NCBI RefSeq assembly: GCF_009914755.1
Contig: NC_060936.1
From: the human T2T-CHM13v2.0 reference genome, Homo sapiens
Strand: one strand, 5' to 3'
DNA length: 64,000 nt
This document shows positions 42,231 through 55,565 of this stretch, one piece after another; the first letter of the stretch is position 1; every line of letters begins with the position of its first letter. A program made the translations under genes and the position numbers. The notes beneath the pieces were generated by a model. The model saw only the letters and a program-made list of their open reading frames with translations, was not told the DNA's origin and ran no database searches.

Positions 42231-43027
42231 GCTGTATCTCAGAAAGGGCAGATGGGATGACCACTGAGGTCATGCTATAGACTCCATTCTTGATAGGAAG
42301 ACATGATCATGGCAAGTAAAGATCTCTTTGCCCCTTTAAAACATATACTTTTGTTTTGCCAATGTATGGTCTTTTCATATCAATGAGAATGAGGAAAATA
42401 GTTGAAGAAAGGCTGAATAATAATTGGCATTTAAGTATCTCTGTTATCTATACTTGGGCAATTCTTGGAAGGTAATAATGTCCTAAGTTAAAAAAAAGGC
42501 TGGAATTGTTGTCATTTTCTGAGCAGCAGCTGCATCAAGATTTGCCATGGAATAAAGTTTTGGGTAAGACAATTCACCTTTCCTCTTATTTCTGTAGCAC
42601 TTGCTAGCTACACCTTTAATGGCACTGGTCACCACATAACTTATCATTTATTTGTGTGTGCCTTGACTCCTTACAAAAAGAGGATTTAAGGAGGCTTACA
42701 AAACTACATACAATTATACCAAGTTTTAAAAAATAGGCAGGCAGGGAAACAGAATAGTAAATGTGTACTGCTTGCTACCTCAATTTCTCTCCTTCTGGTA
42801 AGAGTACTCTGAATTTCCTTTGAAATCTCCCTCTCTCATTTATGTGTCTTGGGTGGGTTCAATCTCATCTTCAGCTTCAGAGCTGGGCTCTGTGTGGCTT
42901 ATGGCAAGCAGTGTTTCTACTGTACTAGTTCAGAAATGAGCAGTTCACCTGAATAGATCCAAGGAGAAAAAAGGAGACAATTCCCAGAGTTTTGGGAAAA
43001 GATAATGTTTCTTTCTTTCACTTGATT

Positions 43028-43213
43028 CCTTTTTATTTTTTTGGCAATGTCTAACATGTTTCTTTCTTTCTTTCTTTTTTAATTTTATTTTTCCATAAGT
43101 TTATTGGGGTACAGGTGGTATTTGGTTACATGAGTGAGTTCTTCGGTGGAGATTTGTGAGAACCTGGTGCACCTATCACCTGAACAGTATACACTGCACC
43201 ATATTTGTTGTCT
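43028..43213 (-). mobile_element. Very short L1PB-like 3' end insertion
   Basis: 'ttggggtacaggtggtatttggttacatg...ggtgcacctatcacctgaacagtatacactg'. TSD tttctttcacttgatt at 43012-43027 and 43214-43229. Confidence 0.85.
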
Positions 43214-43282
43214 TTTCTTTCACTTGATTTATTGGTGATGTGATGTGAGGATTGGAACCACAGAAGCCATTTTGATACTATG

Positions 43283-43706
43283 CGATATGGTTTGGATATT
43301 TTTCCTCTCCAAATCTCATGTTGAAATATGACCTCCAGTGTTGGAGAAGGGCCTAGTGGGAGGTGTTTGGGCCATGGGGGTGGATCCCTTATGAATGGCT
43401 TGGTGATATCCACAATGTAAGGGGTGAGTTCTTGCTCTGGTAGTTCACATGAGAATTGATTGCTTAAAGAAGCTGGCACCTCCCCACCTCTCTCTTGCTT
43501 CCTCTCTTGTCATATGATACTCTGGCTCTTCCTTTGCCTTCTGCCATGATTGTAAGCTTTCTGAAAGCTTCATCAGATGTGGTGTCAGCACCACGATTCC
43601 TGAAAAATCTTTATGCCTACAAAACTGTGAGCCAAAATAAACCTCTTTTCTTTGCAAATTACCCAGTCTCCAGTAATCCTTTATAGCAACAAAATATGGC
43701 TAATAT
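43283..43706 (+). mobile_element. MSTB-like MaLR LTR
   Basis: 'gatatggtttggata...ccaaatctcatgttgaaat...aattacccagtctc'. Confidence 0.88.
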
Positions 43707-44712
43707 GAAAGAAGTCAGTCTTAAAATGTAGCTGCTTCATGGAAAACAACAGAGCTGAGTATAAAACTGAGTGTGTTAATATCACTTTAGCATTTGAGAA
43801 TTCCTTCTGGATTTTCCTATTTGTTTAATTGGTTAAGATAGGTTTAGTTGAGTTTTATGTGACTTACAAAAGAAACGACTCCTAATGGAAACAAATATCA
43901 AAAGAAAAATTAAAAACATGAGACAAAAACAAGGCTGGGATTAACACACAAAATGCATCTACTTGCTTCAGGTAGACCACTGATTTGGGTCTGAGCTTTT
44001 TAGCAGTCAGTACAAAGACAGAAATATGAAGTTATTTTGAGGGTTCAGAGTGTCTGTAGAATAAAACAAGCCAGATGCTTTAAGGAGAGCAAGTATTCCT
44101 AGAAACAGGAACTGGAGAGAAATTTCTCTCATGGGCTTTCATAAAAGAGACATTATTGGGAGATGTCAGCAGGATAGAGATTCTAGCTCTCCTCAAGGAA
44201 ATGTGAGCTGATTTAACAACACCCATGCATGTAAATACCTTCACAAGATCTCCAAAATCCAAGTGACAGATCACAGCTTCCAAATGGGACACAAAAACAA
44301 GAAAAGAACATTGAAGAGTGTAGGAAGGACAGTTTAACTCCATTCACATCACCCATTCCCCAAATCTGCATAGTGTAGGCCTGGGGTAGGCCTGAGAGAG
44401 ACATCTTCCTCCTAGGAGCTCTAGTGGGAAAAAGTAGGTAAAATGAACATCCAACTTCCTGAGAACTCAGGCTTCATGCCTGCACCCACAAACCCAGGCA
44501 CCAGGCCCACCCCAGTGGAACCACAACAATTTGCCTGGGCAACAGGCTTTCCTACCCACAGACCCAGGCATCAGACCTGCCTGCCTATGGACTTCAGCAG
44601 CAGGGCCACCCACAATCCTAGCCAGCCAACTTACTAAAAATATTTGGCCAGACTGAGTTGAGAAGCATTTTCTTTATCAAGGTCCAGTGTGAATGGAAAG
44701 AGGTAACTACTT

Positions 44713-44762
44713 TGTACTAGTCTGGGTTTTCCAGAGGGACAGAACAATTGGATATACATGTG

Positions 44763-44793
<31 letters not shown>

Positions 44794-45287
44794 GAGAGGG
44801 AGAGTTTATTTGGGAGAATTGGCTCACACAATTACAAGGCAATGTCCCATCATAGGAGTCTGCAAATTGGGGCAAAAGAGAAGCTGGTAGTGTGACTCAG
44901 TCCAAATCCAAAAGCCTCAAAACTAGAGAAGCAGATAGTGCAGACCTCAGTCTGAGGCCAAGGGCCTGAGAGCCTCTGGGCAACCCCTGGAGTCTAATGT
45001 CCAAGGGCAGGAGGAGAAGAAGCAAAGTGTCTGTCATGGGAAGAAAGAGAGAGTGAGAAGACTCAGCAAGCTGCTTATCCCCCTTCTTCTGCCTGCTTTG
45101 TTCTAGCTTCACTGGCTGCTGATTGGATGGTGCCTACTCACAGTGAGGGTAGGCCTTCCTCTCCCAGCCCACTGAGTCAAATAAGCCCCTCACAACATCT
45201 CCACTGACACACTCAGAAACAAGGCTTCACCAGCCATCAAGGCATCCCTCAATCCAGTCAAGTTGACATCTAATATTGACTATGATA
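44713..45287 (-). mobile_element. MLT2A-like (HERV-L) solo LTR
   Basis: 'tgtactagtctgggttttccagagggacagaac...caatccagtcaagttgaca'. Exact TSD tactt at 44708-44712 and 45288-45292. Confidence 0.9.
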
Positions 45288-46216
45288 TACTTCTTCAAAT
45301 GGACATATATCAATCCAAGCCTACAAAGAATGCTGAGGATAGATAGAAATCATAAAAAAGAACAAAACAAATTCTGGAGCTAAAGAATGCAATAACTAAA
45401 CTGAAAAATGCCATATAGGGCTTCAATAGCAGATTCAGTCAAAGAGAAGAAAGAATAAAAGAGCTCAAAGACAGTTCATTTGAAATTATTCAGTCAGAGG
45501 AACAAAAAGAGAAAAATGAATGAAAATGAATGAAGAAAGCCTGTGGGAGTTATGTGACACCATCGAGTAAACCAATGTACATATTATGGAATTCTCAGAA
45601 AGAGAAGAGAAAAGAAAATGGCAGAAAGTTTATTCAAAGAAATAATGGCCATAAACTTCCCAAATATGAGGAAGAAAATAAACATCCAAATTCATGAAAC
45701 ACAAAGGACCTTGAATAGATTAAACCTAAAGAGATCTACACTGAGAAAACATTATAAGTTTTCAAATGTCAAAGACAAAGGTAATTTTAAAATCAACAGG
45801 AGAAAAGTGAATTTTTACATATACTGGAGTCTTCATAAGACTATCAGTAGATTTCTCAGTAGAAAACTTGCAGGACAGAAAAGAGTAGTTTGCGTATATT
45901 CACAGTTCTGTTGGAGGGAGAGGAACCTGCCAACAAAGAAAACTATACCAAGAAAACTGTTTTCTAAAAATAAATAAAGAAAAAAGGTTTCTCAGAAAAC
46001 CAAAACAGAGTCCATCATCACTAGATCTGCTTTACAAAAGAAGTGTCAAATACAGTTTTTCAAATTGAAACAAAATGACACTAAACAGCAACACAAAAGC
46101 TTGTGAAGGTATAAATCTCATAGTTAAGCTAAACATATAAACAAATACAAAATCATGTAATACTGTAATGGTGGTGCATGAACCACTTTTAACCTTAGTA
46201 TAAAAATTAAAAGACA

Positions 46217-46333
46217 GGCTGGGTGCAGTGGCTCATGCCTGTAATCCCAATACTTTGGGATGCTGGGTCAGGCAGATTACTTGAGTTCAGGAGCTCAAGA
46301 CCAGCTGGGCAACATGGTGAAACCTCCACTCTA

Positions 46334-46370
<37 letters not shown>

Positions 46371-46533
46371 AGAGAAAAAAATTATCTGGGTATGGTGGCC
46401 CATGTTTGTGTTCCCAGCTACTTGGGAGGCTGAGCCAGGAGGATTACTAGAGACCAGGAGGTCCAGACTCTGCAGTGAGCTGAGATTGCACCACTGTACC
46501 CCAGCTTGTGCAACAGAGTGGGACTCTGTGTCT

Positions 46534-46563
<30 letters not shown>
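46217..46563 (+). mobile_element. AluJ with expanded middle A tract
   Basis: J diagnostics 'gggcaacat' and 'ggaggatt', with about 30 A in the linker. Confidence 0.92.
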
Positions 46564-46564
<1 letters not shown>

Positions 46565-47025
46565 TATTAAGAGCTATAACCATAAAAATTGGTTAATAAA
46601 TGGATATACAATATAAAACTAATTGTGACATCAATAACACCAAGTGTGTGTGGAGGGAGCAAAAGTTTGAGTTTTTGTATGTGACTGAATTTATGTACAG
46701 CCACACAAAGTTTTCTCAGTTCAAAGTAGACTGTTATAGCAATAAAAAGTATTATACAAACCTCACTAAAACCACAAACAAAAATTCTATAGTATACAAT
46801 ATATTGCTACAAAAAATCATCAAATGATAAAGTAAGACAGCAGGAGAGGAAAGGAGGAACAAAAGAACACAAACAGACAAAAACAACAAAGAAAATAACA
46901 ATAGTAAGTAGCTATTAATAGTTACATCAATAATTAAATAACAGACTAGTAGATTGGATTTAAAAAAAGATCCAATTATATGCCACCAACAAGAAACCAA
47001 CTTTAGATTTAAGAATACACATAGG

Positions 47026-47305
47026 GCTCATGTCTGTAATCCCAGAACTTTGGGAGACTGAGGTGGGCCGATCATGAGGTCAAGAGATCAAGACCATCCT
47101 GGCCAACATGGTGAAACCCCCTCTCTACTAAAAATACATAAATTAGCTGGGTGTGGTGGAGTGTGCCTGTAGTCCCAGCCACTCAGGAGGCTGAGGCAGG
47201 AGAATCGCTTGAACCTGGGAGGCAGAGGTTGCAGCTAAGCCAAGACCATGCAACTGCACTCCAGCCTGGTAACAGAGCGAGACTCCATCTCAAAAAAAAA
47301 AAAAA
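47026..47305 (+). mobile_element. AluSc-like, slightly 5'-truncated
   Basis: 'gaggtcaagagatcaagaccatcc'. TSD aagaatacacatagg at 47011-47025 and 47306-47320. Confidence 0.95.
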
Positions 47306-49581
47306 AAGAATACACATAGGCTGAAAGTGAAGGGTGGAAAAAGATATTCCATGCAAATGGTAACCAAAAGAGAGAATAGGTGCTATAGTAACATGAGATA
47401 AGATAGACTTTGAGTCAAAAACTGTCACAAGAGACAAAATAGGTCATTACATAATGATAAAAAGGTCAATTCTAAAGGAGGATAAAACTATCAATATATT
47501 TTTATCCAGCATCAGAGCACCTAAGTACGGAAAGCGAAGATTGATATATCTGAAGGGAGAAATAGACAGCAATACAATAATAGCAAAAGACTTCAATATC
47601 CCCCTTGAAATAATGGACAGATCATCCAGACAGAAAATCAACAAGGGAGGCTGACTTAAACTACACTGTAGAGCAAATGAACCTAACAATTATATACAGA
47701 ACATTCCACTCAACAGCAGAAAATATACCTTCTTCTCAAGCACATATGGAACATTCTCCAGGACAGATCACATGCTAGAACACAAAACAAATCTTAACAA
47801 ATTTTAAAAGATTGAAATTATTCCATAAGTATCTTTCCCAACCAAAATGGAATAAAACTAAATATGAATAAAAAATGAAAAGGAAAAACTCACAAATATG
47901 TGAAAATTCACCAACACATTCATCAATAACCAATGGGTCAAAGAATAAATTTAAAAAATTAGAAAATATCTTCAGACGAACAAAAATAAAAACAACATAC
48001 CAAAACTATGGGATACAGCAAAAGCAATATTAAGAGAAAATTTATAGTGATAAGCACCTATATTTAAAAAAAAGAGAGAAACTCTGAAATATTTAAACAA
48101 TCTCATAGTTTACCTCAAGGCACTAGAAAAAAGAAGAAAAAACTAAGCTCTAAGTTAACAGAAAAAAAAATAATAAATGTCAAGGCAGAAATAAATAAAG
48201 GATAAAAAAAGGAAAAAATTATAAAACTGAGTTCTTCCCTCAAAAAGATAAGCAAAATCAACAAGAAAAAGAAGCAATTAAATGAAATATGAAATTAAAA
48301 AGGGGACACTACAAGTTCCACAGAAATAAAAAAGATTAAAAGGAATTATGAACAATTATACACCAACAAAATGAACAATCTATAAGAAATGTATAAATTC
48401 CTAGAAACGTACAATCTAAGAAGACTGAAACAAGAAGAAATAGAAAGACTGAATAGGCCAAAAACAAAAGAGATTGCATCAGTAATCGAAAACCTTCCAA
48501 TAAAGAAAAGCCAAGGACCAGAAGGCTTTACAGGTGAATTCTACCAAAGATTTTTTAAAAAAGAATTAATACCAATCACTTTTAAACTAGAAGAGGGAAT
48601 ACTTCCAAACTCTTTTTTGTGAGCCCAGCATCACTCTGATACCAAAAGCAGACAATGGCACCAACACAAAACTATAGGCCATTATCCTTGATGAACATGA
48701 AGGCAAAAATCCTCAACAAAACATTTGCTAACAGAATTCAAACCACATTAGAAGCATCATACACCATGACCAAGTAAGATTTATCCCTGAAATGCAAGCA
48801 TGGCTTAACACATGCAAGTTAATCAGTATGATAGTCCACATTAACAAATGAAGGATAAAATCATATTATCATCTCAATAGATGCAGAAAAAGCATTTGAA
48901 AAAAGTTAACATCTCATGCTAAAAAAAAAAACTCAAAAAATCAGATATGAAGAAACTTACCTCGACACATAATAAAGGCTATATATGAAAAACCCATAGG
49001 TAGCATACTCAACAGTGAAAATTGAAGAGCTTTTCCTGTAAGATCAAAACAAGGCAAAGATGCCCACTCTTGCACTTGTATTCAGTAGAGTACTGGAATT
49101 CCTAGCCAGAGAAATTAGGCAAGAGAAAGAAATAAAAGGCATCCAAATTGAAAAGGAAAAAGTAAAATTACCTTTGCTTGAAAATGACATGATCTCATAT
49201 CTAGAAAAGCCTAAAGGACTCCACAAACTGTTAGAACTAGTAAATAAATACAGCATATTTTTAGGAAACAAAATCAACATACAAAAATTAGTTGCCTTTC
49301 CATACACTAACAACAAAGCATACCAAAAGAAAATTCAAAAAACAATTTCATTTACGATAGCATCAAAAATAATAGAATACTTAGGAATAAACTCAAGTGA
49401 AAAGGTGGAAAACATCTATAGTGAAAATCATAATACAAACACTTATGAAAACAATTAAAGAAGACATAAAAAGGAAGACATCCCATGTCCACGAATTGGA
49501 AGAATTAATATTGTTAAAATGTACATGCTACCCAAAGTGATCTACAAATTAGATTCAATCTCTATCAAAATTCCAAAAGCA

Positions 49582-52500
49582 TTTTTTCCAACTTTTATTT
49601 TGTTTCAGGAAGTACATGTGCAGGTTTGTTAGGTGGGTAAATTGTGTATTGGTGGGGTTTGGTGTTCAGATTATTTCATCACCCAGGTAACAAACATAGC
49701 ACCTGATAGGTATTTTTTTCAATCCTCATTCTCCTTCCACCTTCCAGCTTCAAGTAATCCCTAGTGTCTATTTTTCCTTCTTTGTGTCAATATGAACTCA
49801 GTGTTTAGCTCCCACTTATAAGCAAGAATATTCAGTATTTGGTTTTCTGTTACTGTGTTAATTTGGTTAGGATAATGACCTCCAATTCCAACCATGTTGT
49901 TGCAAAGCACGTGGTTTTGCTTTTTTATGGCTGTGTGGTATACCACGGTGCATATGTACCACATTTTCTTTATCCAGTCCACCACTGATGGGCATCTATG
50001 TTGATTTCATGTCTTGCTTTGTGAATAGTGCTATGATGAATATACACATGCATGTGTATTTATGGTAGAATGATATCTATTCCTTTGGGTATATACCCAG
50101 TAATGGAATTGCTGGGTTGAATGATGGTTCTGTTTTAAGTTCTTTGAGGAATTGTCAAACTGCTTTCCGGAGTGGCTGAACTAATTTGCATTCCCATCAG
50201 CAATGTATAAGCATCCTCTTTTCTCCACAACCTTGCCAGCATCTGTTATTTTTTGACATTTAATAATGGCCATCCTGACTGGTATGAGATGCTATCTCAT
50301 TGTGATTTTGATTTGCATTTATATTATGATTATTGATGTTAAGCATGTTTTCATATGCTTGTTGGCTAGATGTATATTTTCTTTTGCAAATTGTCTGTTC
50401 ATGTCATTTGCCCATTTTTTAATGGGGTTGTTTTTTGCTCATTAATATTTTTAAGTTGTTTATAGATTCTATCAGATTCTGTCAGATGTATGGTTTGCAA
50501 ATATTTTTTCCTATTCTGTAGGTCATCTGTTTACTCTGTTGACAATTTCCTTTGCTGTGCAGAAGCTCTTTAGTTTAATTAAATCCAATTTCTCAATTTT
50601 TGTTTTTGTTGTAATTGCTTTTGGAGTCTTTATCATGAAATCTTTGCCAGAGCCTATATTCAGAATGATATTTCCTGAATTTGCCTCTGGGGTTTTCATA
50701 GTTTTAGGTTTTATATTTAAGTTTTTCATCCATCTTTAGTTTATATTTGTATATGGTAAAAGGAAGGGGTCCAGTTTCAATCTTCTGCACATAGCTAGCC
50801 AATTATTGAATCCCGACATCATTTATTGTATAAGGAGTCTTTTGATATGGGCATTTAGTGCTATAAACTTTCCTTTTAACACTGTGTTAGCAGTATCCCA
50901 AATGTTTTGTTATGTTGTAACTTTGTTTTCATTAGTTTCAAACAATTTATTGCTTTCTTCCTTAATTTCATTATTTATTCAAAAGTCATTCAAGAGGAGA
51001 TTGTTTAATTTCCATATAATTGTACTGTTTTGGGAGATCTTCTTGCTGTTGATTTCTATTTTTATTGCTGTGTTCTAGAGTATGTTTAATATGATTTCGT
51101 TTTGTGTTCTTTTGAATTTGTTCAGAATTGTTTTATCACTAAGTATGTGGTTGATTTTAGAGTATACACCACGTACAGATGAGAAGAATGTATATTCTGT
51201 TGTTGTTGGGCAGTATGTTCTGTAGATATCTATTAGGTCCATTTGGTCAAGTACTGAGTTTATGTCCCAAGTATTTTTGTTAGTTTTCTGCCTCGATGAT
51301 CTGGCTAATACTATTAGTGGGATATTGAAGTCTGCCACTCTTATATCGCTTTGTGGGTCTTTCAGAATTTGTTTTATGAATCTAGGTGCTCTAGTGTTGG
51401 GCATATATATATTTAGAATAGTTAAGTATTCTTGTTGAATCTGTCTTTATTATTACGCAATACCCTTATTTGTCCTTTTAAGTCATTGTTGGTTTAAAGT
51501 CTGTTTTTTTTTCTGAAACAAGAATAGCGACCTCTACTCTTGTCTTCTGTTTGCTTGATAGATTTTTTCCATTCCTTTTCTTTGAGCTTACAGGTGTCAT
51601 TGAATGTGAGAGGGTCTCATGAAGATAATATACAGTTGGGTTTTGCTTCTGTATCCAACTTGTCATTGTGTGCCTTTTAAGTGAGGTGTTTAGCCCATTT
51701 ACATTTAAGACTCATATTGATACGTGCAGATTTGATCCTGTCATCATGTTCTTAGCTGGTTGGTATGTAGACTTAATTGTATAGTTGATGTATAGTGTCA
51801 TTGGTCTATGGACTTAAGTGTGTTTTTGTGGTAGCTGGTAATGTTTTTTCATTTCTGTGTTTAGCATTCCCTTAAGTACCTTTTCTAAGGAAGGTCTGGT
51901 GGTAACAATTTCCCTTAGCATTTGCTTGTCTGAAAAAGATTTTATTTCACTTTTGTTTATGGAGCTCGGTTTGGCTGGATATAAAATTTTTGGTTGGAAT
52001 TTATTTTCATTAAGGATGCTGAATGTAGGCCTCTAATCTGTTCTGGCTTGTACAGTTTCTGCTAAAAGTTCTGATGTTAGCCTGATAGGGTTCCCTTGGT
52101 GGGGATCTGAGATTCTTTCCTCAGCTTGGTCTATTCAGCTGTTAATACTTCCGATTATATTGTGAAATACTTGTAGTGAGTTTGTTTTAGCTTTTTAAGA
52201 CCAGTTTGGGTCATTCATAAAATGACTGTTTCATCTCTCAGATCTTGTATTGTTTTAATACATTCCTTAGATTCCTTGGATTGGGTTTCAATTTTCTCCT
52301 GAATCTCGATGATCTTCCTTGCCATCCAGATTCTGAATGCTATGTCTTTTATTCCAGCTATTTAAGTCTGATTAAGAATAATTGCTGGAGAGCTAGTATG
52401 GTCACTTGGAGGCAAGAAGACCCTCTGGTTTTTTGAATTGACAGAGTTATTGCACTGGTTGTTTCTCATCTGTCTGGCTGATGTTCCTTCAATCTTTGAA

Positions 52501-53734
52501 GTTGCTTCCTTTGGATAGGGCTTTTTGCTTTTATACTCTTTGATGGCTGTGAGGGTTTGGTTTTTGTATGAGTTGGGTTCAGTCAACCGGCTTTGTTTCT
52601 GGATGACTTCAGTGAGACAAGCCTCAGCTCAGCACTCCTGGGCTGCATGCTGTAATTGTAGGGGGCTGGGACCAGGCCCATGGCTTTGTTCTCTGGCCCC
52701 TTAAGGTTGAGCACCTGCTGTACTGAAGAGACCCAGGTGTTCCCAGTCCACTGACAATAACATTCCAATGGGGGAGGGGGTCCCAGCAAAAGTGTTTCAC
52801 TGGGACAGAGGCAGCAGGATCCACAGTCACATGTGTGTGCTGCCAGCAGTAGAGTAGCAGCACCTGTGCACATACACACACACAGAAGCAGGCAGTGACA
52901 GTGAGGTCTGCATACATGCAATAGTGGCGGTGAAGCAACAGGATCTGCATACACATTCCAGTAACACAGTAGGGGATGGCCGTGGGTGAATGAGTGCCAG
53001 CAAAACAGAGGGAGAGGCTGTGGACAAGCATGCACTAGCTTCACCTGCAGAAGCTCTTTGACAGATAGGTGACCTCTGCCAGAGAAGGAGCTATGACAGT
53101 GGCACTGGGAAGCACTGTGGTTGGGCATGTGAGGCTGCACTGCAATTGAGCTCAGCCAGGCAGGAACCCTGGGAGAGGCCGGCAGACAGATTGGTGCTCA
53201 GACCAGACTGACGCCACTCCACAAGCAAGACCACCCTACTTGTCCAGGTCCAACAGTCACCAAAGGCCAAAGCCACCTAGAGGAGCATGGTGATCCTTGT
53301 GAGATGGGCATCCCTCGCCATGCTCCACTGTAACTGTTCTCATGCCAAACGATCTGGGCTCTGCACAGGCTGTAGTCCTGTCACTGCTGACTCTGCAAGC
53401 AGCTCTGCCTTCCAGCTCAAATGTCCATGGGGTTCATGGGGCCCCCTGCAGCTAGGATTCCTGAGGTCTGTGGCAAGAGTGTGCTACTCCACACCTGCTT
53501 AACTCACCCCTTCCCTGAGATTTGCTCAGGACCAGGGACAAGTCCCTGTGTTTAGCAATCCCATGCAGGGTTCCTAGCTTCCTCCCCCATGATCCCAGGA
53601 TCTGCATCTTCCCTCCATCCACTCTCAATGCCTTCCTTCCAAGGATTTACTCAGAATGTGCCAGTCTTCTTGATGGTCTGGTCTCTAGGTGGGGGCAGCT
53701 CTTCCTGGCTGCTTCTAGTCAGCCATCTTGCTGC
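49582..53734 (-). mobile_element. Older L1PA (about L1PA13-16) retaining both ends but internally deleted
   Basis: 3'UTR at 49582. 5' end 'caagatggctgactagaagcagc' at about 53730. Degraded TSD tccaaaagca (49572-49581) and tccaatagca (53735-53744). Jumps in L1 colinearity at about 50840 and about 52110. Confidence 0.88.
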
Positions 53735-55565
53735 TCCAATAGCAATTTTTAGAGATACAGAAAAATAATATTAGAAGACCCCAAATAGCCATAGGAATTT
53801 TGAGCAATATGAATGAAGCTGGAAACATCACACTACCTGATTTCAAAATATATTATAAAACTACAGTAATCAAAACAGTGTGGTTCTGGTGGCAAAACAG
53901 ACATATAAACCAATGGGACAGAATAGAGACCACAGGAATAAATCCAGGCATATATGGTCAACTGATGTTTCACAACAGTACCAAGAATACATAATGGTGA
54001 AAGAATAGTTTCTTTAATAAAGTGTTGGAAAAGCTGGATATCCACATTCAAAGGAATGAAATTGAACCCTCAACTCACACCAGACCTAAAAATCAACTCA
54101 AAATGAATTATAATAATAATTCATTATAAACACAATATTTGAAACCACATAATTCCTGAAAATAAGCATAAGGGAAACCTTTTGGACACTGATGTTGGCA
54201 ATAATTTTTTTGGATATGACACAAAAAACACAGGCAATATAGGTAAAATTAGATAAGTCAACCTAAAAGTCTTCCTCACAGCCAAGAATACAGTCAACAA
54301 AATGAGAAGGCGACTGACAGAATGGGGGAAAATATTTGTAAACCACATATTTGATAAAGGGTTAATACCCAAAATAGGTAAAGAACTTCTATAACTCAAT
54401 AGCAAAAAAACAAATAACCTAATGTTAAAATAGGCAAAGAAACCATTAATAAACAAACATTTCTCTGAAGAAGACACACAATTGAACACCAGGTGTATAA
54501 AAAGTTGCTCAGAATCAGTAATAATCAGAGAAATATAAATCAAAAACACAATGAGGTACCAACTCACACCTGTTAGGATGGCTTTTGTTTCTAAATCTTT
54601 CCATTTAGAAAATGGAAGATAAATACTGGTGAAAATTTGGAGAAAAAGGAACCCTTTTACAATGTTAATGGGTATGTGAATTGGTACAGCCAATTCAGAA
54701 AACGGTTTGGAGGTCCCCAGAAAACTAAAAGTGGAACAACCGTATGATCCAGGAATTTCATTCTTGAGTATGGATGCAAACACATTGAAATCAGGATCTG
54801 GAAGAGATATTTGCACTCCCATGTTCATTGCAGTTTTATTCACAATAGCAAAGATATGGAAACAGTCTAAATGTCCATTAACAGATGAATGGAAAAAAAA
54901 ATACGGTATACACATATGTGGAATATTAATCAGGCTTAAAAAAGAAGAAAACCCTGCTTATTTGAAACAAAATGGGTGAACTTAGAGGACATTATGCTAA
55001 ATGAAATAAGCCAGACACAGAAGGGCAAATACTACATGACACCCCTTATATGATAAATCTGGATTAGTCAAACGCTTAGAAGTAGAAAGTGGAATGGTGG
55101 TTGCCAGTGACTGGGGAAACAGGGAAGCAGAGAGGTATTAGTCAAAAGGCATAAAGTTTCAGTTATACAACTTAATCAAATTACAGAGATTTACTGTATA
55201 TTATAGCACCTAAAGTTAACAATACTGTATTGCATATATGCCATAAAAGGGTATATATTATATTGTGTTCTAATCACACAAAAAATAATAAATAAGAGCA
55301 GGAGGAAACTTTTAGAGGTGATGGATAGTTTAATGGCATAGATTGAGGTGATGGCTTCGCAGGTGTGTACTCAGCTCCAAATTCATCAAGTTGTACACAT
55401 TAATTATGTATGTTGAATTTGAAAAAAAGAATGAAATTATTTAATGCAGTAAACATTCTCAATAACATCCTTACAATAAGTATAATTAGTTTTGTATGCC
55501 TGTTTGTTTTTCAATAACTTCTCTTAGTGGAAGTGGAAGACATTACAACTAAATATAACTAAGTT

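Larger units (their letters stand above)
42763..43892 (+). mobile_element. Old MLT1J/K-like LTR hosting L1PB and MST insertions
   Basis: 'tccttctggtaagagtac', 'agccattttg' and terminal 'gtgacttacaaaagaaacgactcctaa'. Confidence 0.5.
44140..55430 (+). mobile_element. Near-full-length decayed L1MB (L1MB1/2-like) with nested MLT2, two Alus and an antisense L1PA
   Basis: ORF1 remnant (ESLFKEIMAINFPN, 45618-45977). ORF2 EN/RT remnants (LKGEIDSNTIIAKDFNIPL; [15 protein letters not shown]; VLEFLAREIRQEKEIKGIQIEKEKVKL). ORF2 resumes at about 53745 (NITLPDFKIYYKTTVIKTVW). L1MB 3'UTR 'ggaggaaacttttagaggtgatggatag'. 5' boundary approximate. Confidence 0.85.

Noticed and set aside
52583-53140. 185-aa Cys/His-rich ORF
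   Set aside because: It lies within the L1PA 5'UTR and shows no zinc-finger spacing or other domain.
54124-54915. Longest ORF (263 aa, minus strand)
   Set aside because: It is the antisense frame of decayed L1 ORF2. The hydrophobic composition reflects the T-rich strand.
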